Assembly (NCBI RefSeq): GCF_030144855.1
Contig: NC_082730.1
Span: 15,066,001-15,130,000 of the forward strand
From: Hypanus sabinus
Lineage: Eukaryota
Length of the DNA stretch: 64,000 bases
Reading direction: 5' to 3'
The notes beneath the pieces were generated by a model. That model was not told where the DNA came from and did not search any database. It saw nothing but the letters and a program-made list of their open reading frames with translations. The translations under genes and the position numbers were made by a program. Shown here in pieces: positions 25,520-38,495 of the stretch (the stretch's first letter is position 1; each line of letters starts with the position of its first letter).

Positions 25520-27800
25520 CGCATTAAAGTCTGTAATCTGTAAAGTCCTAGATTCCACCACCATGGGAAACAACTTTGCCACATCCACTCTGTCCATGCC
25601 TTTCAACATTCAAAATGTTTCTATGTGGTCACCCCTCATTCTTCTAAACTCCAAGGAGTACAGACCAAGAGTGGTTAAACATTCCTCATATGTTAACCCT
25701 CTCATTACCAGAATCATTCTAGTGAACCTTCTCTGAACCCTCTCCAAAATCAGCACATCCTTTCTTAAATAAGGAGCCCAAAACTGAACACAGTACTCCA
25801 AGTGATGTCTTACCAGTGCCTTTTAGAGCCTCAACATCACATCCCTGCTCCTATACTCTATTCCTCTAGAAATGAATGCCAACATTGCATTCGCCTTCTT
25901 CACCACCGACTTAACCTGGAGGTTAAACTTAAGGGTATCCTGCACGAGGACTCCCAAGTCCCATTGCATCTCAGAACTTTGTATTCTCTCCACATTTAAA
26001 TCATAGTCTGCCCATTTATTTCTTCTACCAAAGTGCATGACCATACATGTTCCAACATTGTATTTCATTTGCCTCTTCTTTGTCCATTCTCACAATCTAC
26101 CCAAGTCTCTCTGCAGACTCTCTGTTTCCTCAGCACTACCAGCACCTCCACCTCTCTTTGTATCATCAGCAAACTTAGCCACAAATCCATCTATTCCATA
26201 ATCCAAATCATTGACATACAATGTAAAAAGAAGCAGCCCCAGCACAGACCCCTGTGGAACACCACTGGTAACTGGCAGCCAACCAGATGGGATGCCTTTA
26301 TTCCCACCCTCTGTTTTCTGCCAATCAGCCAATGTTTTATCCATGTATGTAACTTTCCCGCAACTCCATGGGCTCTTATCTTGTTTATCAGGCTTATGTG
26401 CGGTACCTTGTCAAAGGCCTTCTGAAAATCCAAAAACACAACATCCACTGCAACTCCCTTGTCTAGCTTACTTGTAATTTCCTCAAAAAATTGCAATAGG
26501 TTTGTCAGGCAGTATTTTCCTTTAAGGAAACTCTACTGAGTTCTGCCTATCATGTCATATACCTCCAGGTACGCCATAACCTCATCCTTGACAATCGACT
26601 CCAACAACTTCCCAACCACCGATGTCAGGCTAACAGGTCTATAATTGCAAACATGAGGAAATCTGCAGATGCTGGAAATTCAAACAAAAACACACACAAA
26701 ATGCTGGTGGAACACAGCAGGCCAGGCAGCATCTATTTTTGCCTATAATTGCCTTTTTGCTTCCTGCCACCTTCTTAAATAGCAGAATTACATTTGCAAT
26801 CTTCCAGTCCTCCGGAACCACGCCAGAATCTATTGACTTTTGAAAGATCATTGCTAATGCTTCCGCTATCTCCACAGCTACTTCCTTCAGAAAACAAGGG
26901 TCCAGGAAATTCATCTACCCTTAGACTATTCAGCTTCCTGAGTACTCTCTCTGTCGTAATTGTGACTGCGCATATTTCTCTTCCCTGACACCCTTGAATG
27001 TCCGCTATATTGCTGATGTCTTCCTCAGTGAAGACTGATGCAAAATACTCATTCAATTCCTCCGCCATCTCCTTATCTCACATTACAATTTCTCCAGCAT
27101 CATTTTCTATTGGTCTTATATCTACTCTCATCTGTCTTTTACTCATTATAAGCTTGTAAAAGCTTTTAGTATCCTCTTTGATATTATTTGCTAGCTTCCT
27201 TTCATAGTTCATCTTTTCTCTCTAATGACCTTCTTAGTTTCTTTTTGTAAGCTTTTAAAAACTTCCCAATCCTCTGTCTTCCCACTAATTTTTGCTTCCT
27301 TCTATGCCTTCTGATTTGCTTTTACTTCGGCTTTGACTTCTTGGACATTCAGCTCCCAGAGACATGCATCCTTTAGCCACGTCTCAGTGATGGCCACAAT
27401 ATCATAACTGCCAATCTGTAGCTGTACAACAAGATCATCCACCTTATTCCTTATGGCTAGCATGCATTTAAGTATAACTCCTTAAGTCTATTATTTGGTA
27501 CTTTTGCTTTGATTGCACTGCAACTCATCCCAATGTCTGCAAATTTGCCCCATCACCTGCCCTGTCCTTCCTGACATCTCTACTACTCACTATCATAGAC
27601 TTATTTATGTTTTCCTCCTCCTCCACTCTATCATTCTGGTTCCCATCCCCTTGCCAAATTAGTTTAAACCCTCCCTAACAACTCTGTTAAACCTTCCACC
27701 AGGATATTGGTCCTCTTTGGGTTCAGGTGTAACCCGTCCTTTTTGAACAGGTCATACTTCCCCCAGAAGAGATCCCAACGATCCAGGAATCTGAAGCCCT
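25520..27800 (-). mobile_element. Long CR1 LINE fragment (endonuclease to C-terminus), with a Penelope-terminus insert at ~26649-26740
   Basis: ORFs with DFQKAFDKVPH, GVPQGSVLG, KFADDTK, LEYCVQFW; insert flanked by CTATAATTGC direct repeats. Confidence 0.9.
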
Positions 27801-27889
27801 GCTTCAGGACTGTACCAGTCTGTCAGCCACACATCCCCTTTCTTTTTGGACTCCCCTTCTTTTTGATTCTGCTTATGAAACCTAAAGCT

Positions 27890-28480
27890 TTCTGCAATCA
27901 ACAATAATGTTCTCGAGAACATTAGCAAAGCTAATTTCTGCTGGTTTATTTGGAACAGTCAACTTTGAAGCAAACTATTTGCCTTTAAAGGGAAATCACT
28001 CAGAAAAAATTGCACTCATTGTTGTTGACTATTACATTTTCTTCAAACTAATGTTGAATTAGCTCATTATACATATTCCAGTTATCTGCTAAGGAATCAA
28101 ACGAGCCAATCTTTCTGATATTGCCATCTTTTTCTGCTGTTTTAAATTATGTTTGTCGCCCAGTACTCACTCTTTATGAATGGATGAATTCTTCTGATTT
28201 TTGACATTTTAAAACTTGATCGTGTCCTCCCTTCAGAAGAACATGTGCTGTGCTCTTTTTTTATTATTATTAAACTTGACCATCTCTGCATATGCTGGGC
28301 TACGATTTTTCAAACTTGCAGTGTTTTTTTTAGTTCAAATCTTTTGCTGCATTTCAGTAGGTTGACAGCTATCTAACATTCATTTTAAAGATACATCATT
28401 GCCAATGCTATGTTTTGTAACTTCAAAACATCAAACTAATTCTAAAGAAAATACAGGAGACGGGGAATGTTCTTCACTTT
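27890..28480 (-). mobile_element. Decayed Gypsy LTR element 5' end with gag start
   Basis: Minus strand encodes, with frameshifts and stops, KIGSFDS.ADNWNMY...LLQSLTVPNKPAEISFANV, resembling a Gypsy gag N-terminus. Confidence 0.55.
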
Positions 28481-28584
28481 GTTCTTCACTTCAAGTGAGG
28501 CATGTATGTATCATGTGAATTACATACATCATCATTCTACCTCATATTTATGCATGTAACCCATAATTTATTATTTCCAAAATT

Positions 28585-28610
28585 TATATATATATATATA
28601 TATATATATA
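28585..28610. repeat. (TA)n microsatellite
   Basis: Direct inspection. Confidence 0.95.
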
Positions 28611-28627
28611 GTAGATAGATACACATG

Positions 28628-28880
28628 CGTTGGTGCATAGCCAAGTGGTTAAGGCATTTGTCTGATGGTCTGAAGGTCTCTAGATTGAGCCCTGGGTGAG
28701 GCTGCGTGTGTGTTCTAGAGCAAGGCACTCAACCACACATTGCTCTGTGACAACACCGGTGCCAAGCTGTATGGGCCCTAATGCCCTTCCCTTGCACAAT
28801 ATCGGTGCCATGGAGAGGGAAGACTTGTAGCCTGGGCAACTACCAGTCTTCCATAAAAAAAACCTTGCCCAGGTAAATCC
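28628..28880 (+). mobile_element. tRNA-derived CORE-like SINE
   Basis: TAGCCAAGTGG A-box, degenerate B-box, GAGCAAGGCACTCAACC core. Confidence 0.6.
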
Positions 28881-28893
28881 ATGGTCTGTTGAG

Positions 28894-29166
28894 NNNNNNN
28901 NNNNNNNNNNNNNNNNNNNNNNNNNNNNNNNNNNNNNNNNNNNNNNNNNNNNNNNNNNNNNNNNNNNNNNNNNNNNNNNNNNNNNNNNNNNNNNNNNNNN
29001 NNNNNNNNNNNNNNNNNNNNNNNNNNNNNNNNNNNNNNNNNNNNNNNNNNNNNNNNNNNNNNNNNNNNNNNNNNNNNNNNNNNNNNNNNNNNNNNNNNNN
29101 NNNNNNNNNNNNNNNNNNNNNNNNNNNNNNNNNNNNNNNNNNNNNNNNNNNNNNNNNNNNNNNNNN
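28894..29166. other. Assembly gap (273 N)
   Basis: Run of N. Confidence 1.
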
Positions 29167-29324
29167 TACTAAATACAGTTTCCACTAGTAGGGGAGTCAC
29201 GGACCAGAGGACAGTCTCAGAATGGAGGGTCATCCCTTTAGAACAGAAATGAGGAGGAACATCCTTCACCAGAGGGTGGTGAATCTAGAAATCATTACCA
29301 CAGATGGCTGAGGACAATAGCCAA

Positions 29325-31117
29325 TAGAAAGCAGGTGCAGGAGTAGGCTGTTCAGCCCTTCTAGCCAGCACTGTCATTCACTGTGATCATGGCAGATCAT
29401 ACACAATCAGTACCCAGTTCCTGCCCTCTCCCCATATCCCTTGATCCCACTATCTATAAGAGCTCTATCTAACTTTCTCTTGAAAGCATCCAGAGACTTG
29501 CCATCCTTTGCCTTCTGGGGCAGAACATTCCACATATCCACCACTCTCTGGGTGAAAAAGTTTTTCTGTATCTCTGTTCTAAATAGCGTAGCCCTTATTC
29601 TTAAACTGTGGCCTCTAGTTCTGGACTCACCCATCAGCGGGAACATGCTTCCTGCCTCCAGCGTGTCCAATCCCTTAATAATCTTATATGTTTCAATCAG
29701 ATCCCCTCTCATTCTTCTAAATTCCAGTGTATACAAGCCCAGTCGCTCCAATTTTTCAACATATGACAGTTCTGCCATTCCGGGAATTAACCTTGTGAGC
29801 CTATGCTGCACTCCCTCAATAGCAAGAATGTCCTTCCTCAAATTTGGAGTCTAATACTCCAGGTGGGGTCTCACCAGGGCCCTGTACAGCTGCAAAAGGA
29901 CCTCTTTACTCCTGTACTCAATTCATCTTGTTATAAAGGCCAGCATGCCATTAGATTTCTCACTGCCTGCTGTGCCTGCATGATTACTTTCATTGATTGA
30001 TTGATGTACAAGAACACCTAGATTTCATTGTACTTGCCCTTTTCCTAACTTGACTCCATTTAGATAGTAATCTGCCTTCCTGTTCCTGCACCAAAGTGGA
30101 TAACCTCACATTTATCCACATTAAAACTGCATCTGCCATATATTTGCCCACTCACCTAGCCTGTCGAAGTCACCCTGCATTCTCATAACATCCTCCTGCA
30201 TTTCACACTGCCACCCACCTTTGTGTCATTGGGCAAATTTGCTAATGTTACTTTTAATCCCTTAATCTAAATCATTAATGTATATTGTAAAACAGCTGCG
30301 GTCACAGCACCGAACCTTGCGGTACCCCACTGGTCACAGCCTGCCATTCCGAAAGGGACCCGTTAATCACTACTCTTTGTTTCCTGTCAGCCAGCCAATT
30401 TTCAATCCATGTCAGTACACCAATACCATGTGCCCTAATTTTGCCCTAATCTCCTATGTGGGACTTTATCAAAGGCTTTCTGAAAGTCCAGGTACACAAC
30501 ATCCCTGGCTCTCCCTTGTCCATTTTCATAGTTACATCCTCAAAAAATTCCAGAAAATTAATCAAGCATGATTTTCTCTTCATAAATCCATGCTGACTCG
30601 GACTGATCCTTCTACTGCTATCCAAATGCGTCATAAATTCCTCTTTTATAATTGACTCCAACATTTTTCTCACCATTGACGTCAGGCTAACCGGTCTATA
30701 ATTCCCTGTTTTCTCTCTCCCTCCTTTCTTGAAAAGTGGGACAACATTAGCCACCCTCCAATCTGCAGGATCTGTTCCTGTATCTATAGAACATTGGAAA
30801 ATGATTACCATTGCGTCCATGATTTCTAGAGCCACCTCCTTAAGCACCCTGGGATGCAGACCATCAGGTCCCGGGGACTTATCAGCCTTCAGACTCAACA
30901 GTCTATCCAACACCGTTTCTTGCCTAATATAAATTTCCTTCAGTTCATCCTTTACCCTAGTTCCTTTGGCCACTATTACATCTGGGAGATTGTTTGTGTC
31001 TTCCCTAGTGAAGACAGATCCAAAGTACCGGTTCAACTCATCTGCCATTTCCTTGTTCCCCATAATAAATTCAGCAGTTTCTGTCTTCAATGACCCAATT
31101 TTGGTCTTAACTATTTT
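29325..31117 (-). mobile_element. CR1 LINE ORF2 3' half
   Basis: ORFs 30446-31156 (DKSPGPDGLHPRVLKE, NYRPVSLTS) and 29407-29841. Confidence 0.92.
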
Positions 31118-31338
31118 TTTGGGTATATTTAAAGCAAAGATGGATGGGTTCTTCATTAGGAAGGCATTAAAGCTTTCAGGGAGAAGGCAGGAGAATAGGA
31201 TTCACTGGGATAATAAATCAGCTATGATAGAATACCGAAGCAAACTTTACGGGCCAAATGAACTTATCCTGCTCCTGTGTTTATGGTCTTATGGTCTTGA
31301 TTCCATCAAGGAAATCCAGGAGCCTGAATGTGATCTGT

Positions 31339-31365
31339 TCACCATGTTTGAATTTTCATTCTCAA
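31339..31365 (-). CDS. Candidate terminal exon of the activating receptor (LRMKIQTW*)
   Basis: ttttggtttag|TTG...TGA, phase 0 compatible with the preceding exon; no homology support. Confidence 0.45.
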   Translation of the reverse strand: MRMKIQTW

Positions 31366-31793
31366 CTAAACCAAAAGGATAAATTAGTAAATAACATCAA
31401 CAATTTGTTAATAAGTATATTAATTGATTATTTATTAGTTATTGAAACATACAACAACAACCTCAGGCATTTGATTCCATTCAACAGCATTTAATGGAGT
31501 AAAATGGTCTTATGCAGTTCACAGCCCTGATAGGGTTAAAAATTGTTGCTTGTGCAATGAAAAGAAAACATTGTGAAAATGTGCCATACAATTGATATCA
31601 ATGAGGGTGACATATTGGAAATGGAATGCAAGAAAAAGTCAAAGGTAACATTATTTTTTCACCATCATGAAGTTGATAATGAATGATGAGAGGTTAATTC
31701 TCTACAGATGTTAAATTTGCACTAATTCTGAATATTTTGATCTTGGTACAAAATTCCAGCACAATCTGTGTGATCCAGAAGCCTTCACTTTAC

Positions 31794-31832
31794 CTTATAG
31801 ACCAATCTAGGAGGATCCAATCTTTCTGGTCT
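31794..31832 (-). CDS. Activating receptor cytoplasmic exon (RPERLDPPRLVYK)
   Basis: tttccttttgcag|AGA...AAG|gtaaag, 39 nt, phase 0 to 0. Confidence 0.7.
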
Positions 31833-32076
31833 CTGCAAAAGGAAACAGTTAAATCATCAGACTCATCAACACTGGGAACTCCACTGTAGAGTTGTATCTG
31901 GAGCTTGAATTCCATTTTATTCACATCAAGCATTCTGTACACATACATTGTGTCAATATCATCTGCAAATAGCTTTGCATTGACCATTGGATAAGAAAAG
32001 ATCAATGGGTTTAAATGTCTTTCCTCAAATAATCAGTATATTTTAAGGCAAATTCTATTGTTTTCCATAAGCCTAC

Positions 32077-32167
32077 CTTAGTTTTCCTTGTGAACCATGT
32101 GACTGAAATAGTGCTGATCATCAGGAGAGCGAAGAGCAGCCAACGACCAACCTTCCATATCATGGAA
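32077..32167 (-). CDS. Transmembrane exon with charged Arg (SSMIWKVGRWLLFALLMISTISVTWFTRKTK), activating type
   Basis: ctttgctcag|T TCC ATG...AAG|gtaggc, phase 2 to 0; Arg at the N-terminal end of the hydrophobic segment. Confidence 0.88.
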
Positions 32168-32771
32168 CTGAGCAAAGGGGAAGAGTAACAGAACTGATTA
32201 GATACAGAAATTAGATGGCTTTGTGTTTGAGATATTTACCTCCTGTTTCCTTTGTAAGCTTACTGGAGTGGAGCGAGGTCAATAAGCAGAGCCAGAGGAG
32301 TAAATAATGTTGACTGAATGGCAGATTGGTGAAGGGAGAAAAACACTATCAGTTGAAATAAAACCTAATTTTCTCGAGGCAATGGCAACATCTTGCAATG
32401 CATTCATTCACTGATACTATTATGGTTGTTGGAATTACTGAGTATGTCCACTAGAATATGAATATCAGGAATGTATAATAAGTTTACCTTGATAATAAAT
32501 TTATTTTGAGCTTTGAAATCTTTTCTGCACTTCATCCAGTTGAATAACAATTCTTTTTTTAGCAGAGTACAACTTCTCTACTCTGACTGATACCAGAAAC
32601 CTTCTTCAGGACAGTGACTCCACTTTCAAGGAGCCATGTACCTGAATTCCAAGATCCCATTGTTCTTTAATACTTCCCAAGGCCCAACCAATCACTTTGA
32701 AAGTCTCATTTGATTTGACTTTTGAAAACGCAAGACTTCACACAATTCTGAAACAAACTCCATTTGCTATG

Positions 32772-33018
32772 AACGTCAGAGGAAATCATTCCTACCTGTG
32801 GACATCAAACTTTACAACTCCTCCCTCGGAGTGTCAGACACCCTGAGCCAAAAGGCTGGTCCTGGACTTATTTCCACTCAGCAAGATTAAATATTATTAT
32901 TTAATTATTTATGGTTTTATATTGCTATATTTCTACACTATTTTTGGTTGGCACGGCTGTAAAGAAACCCAATTTCCCTTGGATTCTATAAAGTATTTCT
33001 GTCTGTCTGTCTGTCTGT
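32772..33018 (+). mobile_element. 5'-truncated Rex1/Babar copy, same family as 3517-4570
   Basis: Closely matching 3' end (RKSFLPVDIKLYNSSL, 3' UTR, (CTGT)n tail). Confidence 0.85.
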
Positions 33019-33871
33019 TTATTCCTCAGCCCAAATACCCAAGATCCTCTGTATTCTTCAAAATCCTTTTCACCAGGGACATAAAATTATGAGATGCACA
33101 GGTTGGATAGGCGACAGCAAAATTGCCCATTCTCAGAGATGCGTAAAACTAGATGACATTGATTTCGAAGGGATTTGAAGTGTTTGTGTTCACCCAGAGA
33201 GCGGTGGAAACAGAGACACAGTCAGTATTTGTGAAGTGCCTGAATGAGATCTCAATTCACATCTCCATAGGAGGCCTTTGACCTTGTGCTGAAAGATAGG
33301 GTTTAGATACATTACTGTGCAAAAAACTTAGGCAGATGTAAAATAATTTTGTAAAGTGATGATGCTTTCAAAAGTAATGAAATTAAAAAATTTTAAATAT
33401 TTAAAAAATACTATAATGTGCAACAAGCAGTAATAAAGTAAATCAAATCAAAATTTGGTGGCACCATACTTTACCTTTAAAACTACTTCAATTCTTTCAA
33501 GTACCCTTTCATGTAAGTTTATAAGAAAATCAATGGTGGGGCAAGTGACATTGAATGAAGTTATCTCCTTTGGTTTTGTATTATCCATTCCAATAATCTA
33601 CTTCCAAAGTAAAAACTTGTATCAACTTTCACATGGAAGTTATTGCAGAATATTTAGAGAGAATAATTTATCTTGGACTCCCCGGATTAACACATGTCAT
33701 AGAGCATTGGTTGTGTAACTGAAAACTTTATTCTCACAGGCATTCAGTACAAGTAAATAAAATTGTAATTTTCCCCTGAATTATCTCTCACATGGGAGCG
33801 GGGCCAATCCTGGCACCAGCAATGAGAACATTGTACAGTACCTTTCAGCAGAACTGGATCAAGTGGTTTAC

Positions 33872-33917
33872 CTTGCAGTTGATACTGTTGTAAATGTTTC
33901 ACATGAATGTTCACGTC
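33872..33917 (-). CDS. Cassette B stalk exon (GREHSCETFTTVSTA)
   Basis: cctcaacag|GA CGT...GCA AG|gtaaac, phase 1 to 2; conserved CE. Confidence 0.8.
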
Positions 33918-34074
33918 CTGTTGAGGCAAGGAAAGAAAAATTCTTTCTCGTCTGTTTTCAGAGTGCAGTCATGCAAGAGTACATGATTGGAAGGTGGAAG
34001 CTCTTGGTTTGAGTAAAAAGCTGATTGGTTACATGGAGATGAGTAATTTCTGTTTCCTTTGCATATGGAAGTCT

Positions 34075-34550
34075 ATAGCGGGGGTATTCCCTTCTGCCGC
34101 CAGCGTGGGATCGCAAGTCTATCAGGATCTGGGGGACTTGTGGAAACTGTGTGGTGATTTCTTTTGAACTTATAGTCCTTTAACCTCTTTGGATTATTTT
34201 TACTGTGCCCAAGGTCTGTTTTTTTTTTATCAATTATGCTATTGTTTGCACTGTTGTAATTATGTGGTTTTGTGCAGGCCTTGTAGCTTTAGTTTTTGGT
34301 CTTTGTTTTGTCTGGCAGTTTGGTGCTCCTTTCTGGGAAACGTGCTAAGATTGTAGCGTGATATTAATACGCAGCAGCCTCTCTGGACTCTGGATTGGGA
34401 ATTGCCAAACGTTATCTGGATTTTCTGGTGTAGTCTGTTTTGTCATGTGCTTTTGTGATGTCATTCTGAAGGAATGTTGTCTTATTTTTTAACTGCATTG
34501 CACTTGTGGTTTCTAAAGGACAATAAACTGAATCTGAATCTGAATCTGAA
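34075..34550 (+). repeat. Interspersed retro-repeat with AATAAA-(CTGAAT)n tail
   Basis: Tail structure typical of a non-LTR element 3' end; family not identified. Confidence 0.55.
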
Positions 34551-35704
34551 TTTGAACACCAATGTTGCTGGGGAAGTTATGAGGCTTGAGTTGGAGGGTT
34601 TGCAAACCATAATCCTAAGCAAGCAGAAGTAAAGGCACAGCCAAGAAGGGCCGAAGGGCTTGTTTCTGTGGAAACACTGGTCACCATCTCCTAGCAGAAT
34701 ACACTATCTACTGCGACCCTCTGCCTTCTGTGGGAAAACCAATTTCAATTGTTAGAGTATCTCAAATGAAGAGGCATTGTAACAAGGTAAGGATCAGGTA
34801 ATTTAAAATTAGATTTAACTTCACAATCCTTGTAGTCCTAAACCTGGATGGGTGTGGAGGTTGGATTAGTGGGGATACTTAAACAGAAAGTACAGTAGAT
34901 ATTTTTTGATACAGATCAGGGAATGGAGTACTGTAGGAAAATGACACAGAAGAGCAAAGACAGCCTGGTATAGATCAGCAAAGATTATATTGAATAGTGG
35001 AGTAGTCTTGAGACACCAAACAGCCTGCTTATTTTCTTGAGTTCGCTTCTTACACCAATTGTGTGTGACTTCCATTCCTTCTTTAGCCTGTATAATTCTC
35101 TCTATTTTCCATGAAACAAACTACTGGAAACTGATTATAAAGCCAGAAGGAGTGAGGTTGTGTATTTGCTGGTTCTCAAGGATGAGAAAATTTCAGTCAG
35201 CAACTCGAAGCTTCAGCAATTTACACCAGCCGCCATGCACGGCAAGAGCAGGCTACAGACAGAAAGCTCTCTGGTGAGGGACTCACTTCTCAGCTACCAG
35301 ACATCACATGTTATTCCCTGCAAGACTTGTCACAATGCAGCTTAAAGAACATAACAGGTGAACACTCCCACTCAGTAATCCACCCCTCCACAACCCCCAC
35401 CACCACCACTTTATCATTTCATGTCAGGCACCTTAAGTAGAAACACTATTGTGCCTAGCAGCTCTTTACTTACATACAACCAATGTATATAACCAATTTT
35501 ATGTATTTATATGTATCGTGTTTATTAATAATTGTGTTCCATATCTTATGTTATTTCTTTTGGGATGTATTAGATCCAAAATAACTATTATTTTGTTGTC
35601 CTTACACTTGCATATTGGAAATGACATTAAGCAATCTTGAATCTTGAAAGCAGTACACGATACTCAATCAATCTCCCTGATTATTCACAGCCTCCACCAC
35701 TTAC

Positions 35705-36025
35705 CAGTGCCACTGAATCGAATCACAAGACTGCAATTGCCTCCTCTGGTGTAGGTGGACACATTCACTATTTCACTAGACTTTGCTCCACGAGTATTCG
35801 AGGCTGTGCAGTAATATTGATGGTGCTGGTGTTCGAAGGATTGACAACGTAGATCCAGTTTACTGTTTTCAGAGATCTTTGAATCCACGGATGAGATGTT
35901 TTCATGCCATGTGTATTGAATGGGAAGGGATCCCTGGACAGACTCACAGGACATTGTCACAGAGCCCCCAACACGCATGATATTTGCAGTAGGGAGATAT
36001 CGAAGCACAGGAACAGACACCGGTT
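35705..36025 (-). CDS. Cassette B C2-type Ig exon, intact
   Basis: ctcacag|AA CCG GTG...ACT G|gtaagt, 321 nt open; SCESVQGSLPIQYTW and YYCTASN. Confidence 0.93.
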
Positions 36026-36469
36026 CTGTGAGGAAGAATCAGTGAACATATTGAAATCAATAGGTGGGCATCTGAACTCCACATCAATCCCAGATGCCTG
36101 AATGGCCACGTCTGCCATTATTCCAAACCACAGCAGGAGTCCAGATCAGAACAGTAGTAATGACACTGGGGATATGATGTGTCAGTGTGAAAATCATGGT
36201 ACAATCTCTCACAGCAACAAGGAGACAGTCAGCAGTGGTACAAAAAAGCTGGATGAACTCAGCACGTTGGGCAGCATCCGTTGAAAGGAGCAGTCAACGT
36301 TTCGGGTCAAAACAACATTTGCAGTGCACTTTGTGTCTGTTAGTCACCAGTGGTGTTTGAAAAAATTAATGCAAGCACTGTTTGAAGGTGAGAGAAGGAT
36401 AGTTTAATGTAAATTTGTGAGACACACTCTTTTGCTACAATAATTGTGGTGACTCCCTGCATTGATCTA

Positions 36470-38215
36470 AGGAACCCATACAAATTGCTGGAGGAACTCA
36501 GCAGACCAGGGTACACATATGGAAAAGAACACAGTTGACATTTCAGGCTCAGACCTTTCAGCAGGACAGGAGAAAAAAAGGTGAGTAGTCAGAGTTTGAA
36601 GGTTGGGCGAGTGGAGGGAGAAGCACAAGGTGATAGTTGAAACCAGTAGGGGGAAACATAAAGAGACAGGCAAAACCAGGAGGGAGGGGAGAGGTAAAGT
36701 AAAGAGCTGGGAAGTTGATTGGTGAAAGAGATACAGGGCTGGAGAAAGCAGAATCTAATAGGGGAGGATAGAAGGCCATGGAGAAAGAAAGAGGGGGAGG
36801 AGCACCAGAGGAAAGTGATGGGCAGGCAAGAAGATAGTGTGAGAGAGGGAAATGGGAATGGGCAATAGAGAAGGGGGAGAACATCACTGGAAATTTGAGA
36901 AAACAATGTTCATGCCATCAGGTTGGAGGCTACCTAAATGGAACATAAGGTGTAGCTCCTCCAACCTGAGTGTGGCCTCATCACAGCAATAGAAGAAGCC
37001 AGGGACTCACAGGTTGGAATAGGTTTGGAAAGTGGAACTAAAATGCGTGGCCACTGGGAGGTCCTACTTTTTCTGGGGGATGGAGTGTATGTGCTCGGCA
37101 AAGTGGGCTTCCGTTCTACGCTGGGCCTCACTGATATACAAGAGGTAACACCGGGAGTGCTGGATACAATAGATGACCCCAACAGACTCACAGATGAAGT
37201 GTTGCTTCACTTGGAAGGACAGTTTTGGATCCTAAATGATAGCGAGGGAGGAGGTGTACAGGCAGGTGTAGCAATTGTCCGCTTGCAAGGATAAATGTCA
37301 GGAGGGAGTCATTGGGGAGGTGTGAATGGACATGGGAGCTGTGTAGGAAGCACAACTGTAGAAAGCAGAAAGTGGGGGGGAGGGAAAGAAGTACTTGGTG
37401 ATGGGATCCCATTGGAGATGGTGGAAGTTTCAGAGAAATATGTGCTGGATGCGGAGCTTTACGGGGTGGTAGGGGAGAACAAGAGGAACCCTAGCCCTGG
37501 TGGTGTGGTGGAAGCACAGGATGAGGGCAAATGTGTGCAAAATGGAAGAGATGCAGTTGCTGCAGATTTGATAGTGGAGGAAGGGAAGCCCCTTTCTTTC
37601 AAGAAGGAGGACATCTCTATACTTCTGGAGTGAAAAGCCTCATCCTGAGAGCAGATGCGGTAGAGACAGAGAAATTGAGAGAAGGGGTTTGGCATTTTTA
37701 CAAGTAACACGGTGGAAAGAGGTATAGTCCAGGAAGCTGCAAAAGTCATGGGGTTTGTAGCAATCATCAGAGATAAACTATCTCTAGAGATAGAGACAGA
37801 AAGGGGAGGGAGGTGTCGGAAATGGAACTGGAAATCTCGAGTCAGAGTTGATGCAGTCGATTAGCTCAGCATGGGGGCAGGAAGCAGCACCAATGCAGTG
37901 AATGCAGTCTTCGACGTAGCGTAGGAAATGTGACCAGTGTAGGCTCAGAATGCAAATTGTTCCATGCTGCCAACAAAAGGGCAGGCATAGCTTGGACCCA
38001 TGCAAATACCCATAGCTTTTGTTTGAAGGAAATGGGAGGAGCCAAAGGAGAAATTATTGAGAGTGACATCAAGTTCTGCAAGATGGAGGAGAGTGGTGGT
38101 GGAGAGGAGCTGGGTGGCTCTGGTGTCCAGACAGAAGCAGAGATCTTTGAAGCCTTTCTGGTGGAGGATAGAGGTAAATAGGGAACATGCATGCATAGTG
38201 AAAATAAGATGCTCA
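36470..38215 (-). mobile_element. Penelope-like element (RT + GIY-YIG), decayed, in the V-C2 intron of cassette B
   Basis: LAELDVTLNNFSFGSSHFLQ..MGPSYAC RT motif, GVIYCI-type GIY-YIG region, terminal GCTGAGTTCCTCCAGCA repeat. Confidence 0.85.
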
Positions 38216-38495
38216 GAGCCAGAGAACATGAAATCATGTTCTAATTTGTCATGTTCTGATTTCTGGTGGCAGTACATACAGTTCAGAGGCAGGAAAATGT
38301 GCTGATCCTCCCAGTGAAAATTGTTGACCAGTCAGTGGACGGACAACATGTGGGGTTCCCCTACCCTTGCCCACTCCCCACAGCGTCTGCACTGCTGAGG
38401 AGCCTCAGGAAATCCATGCTTCCCTGACACTTCCTACAGCAAATATGCATCAGACATTTCACCGGAGACATAAAGGTAATCAATGAGAAACCTAC

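Noticed and set aside
28778-29269. ORFs of 163 and 99 aa
   Set aside because: Artefacts of the N gap
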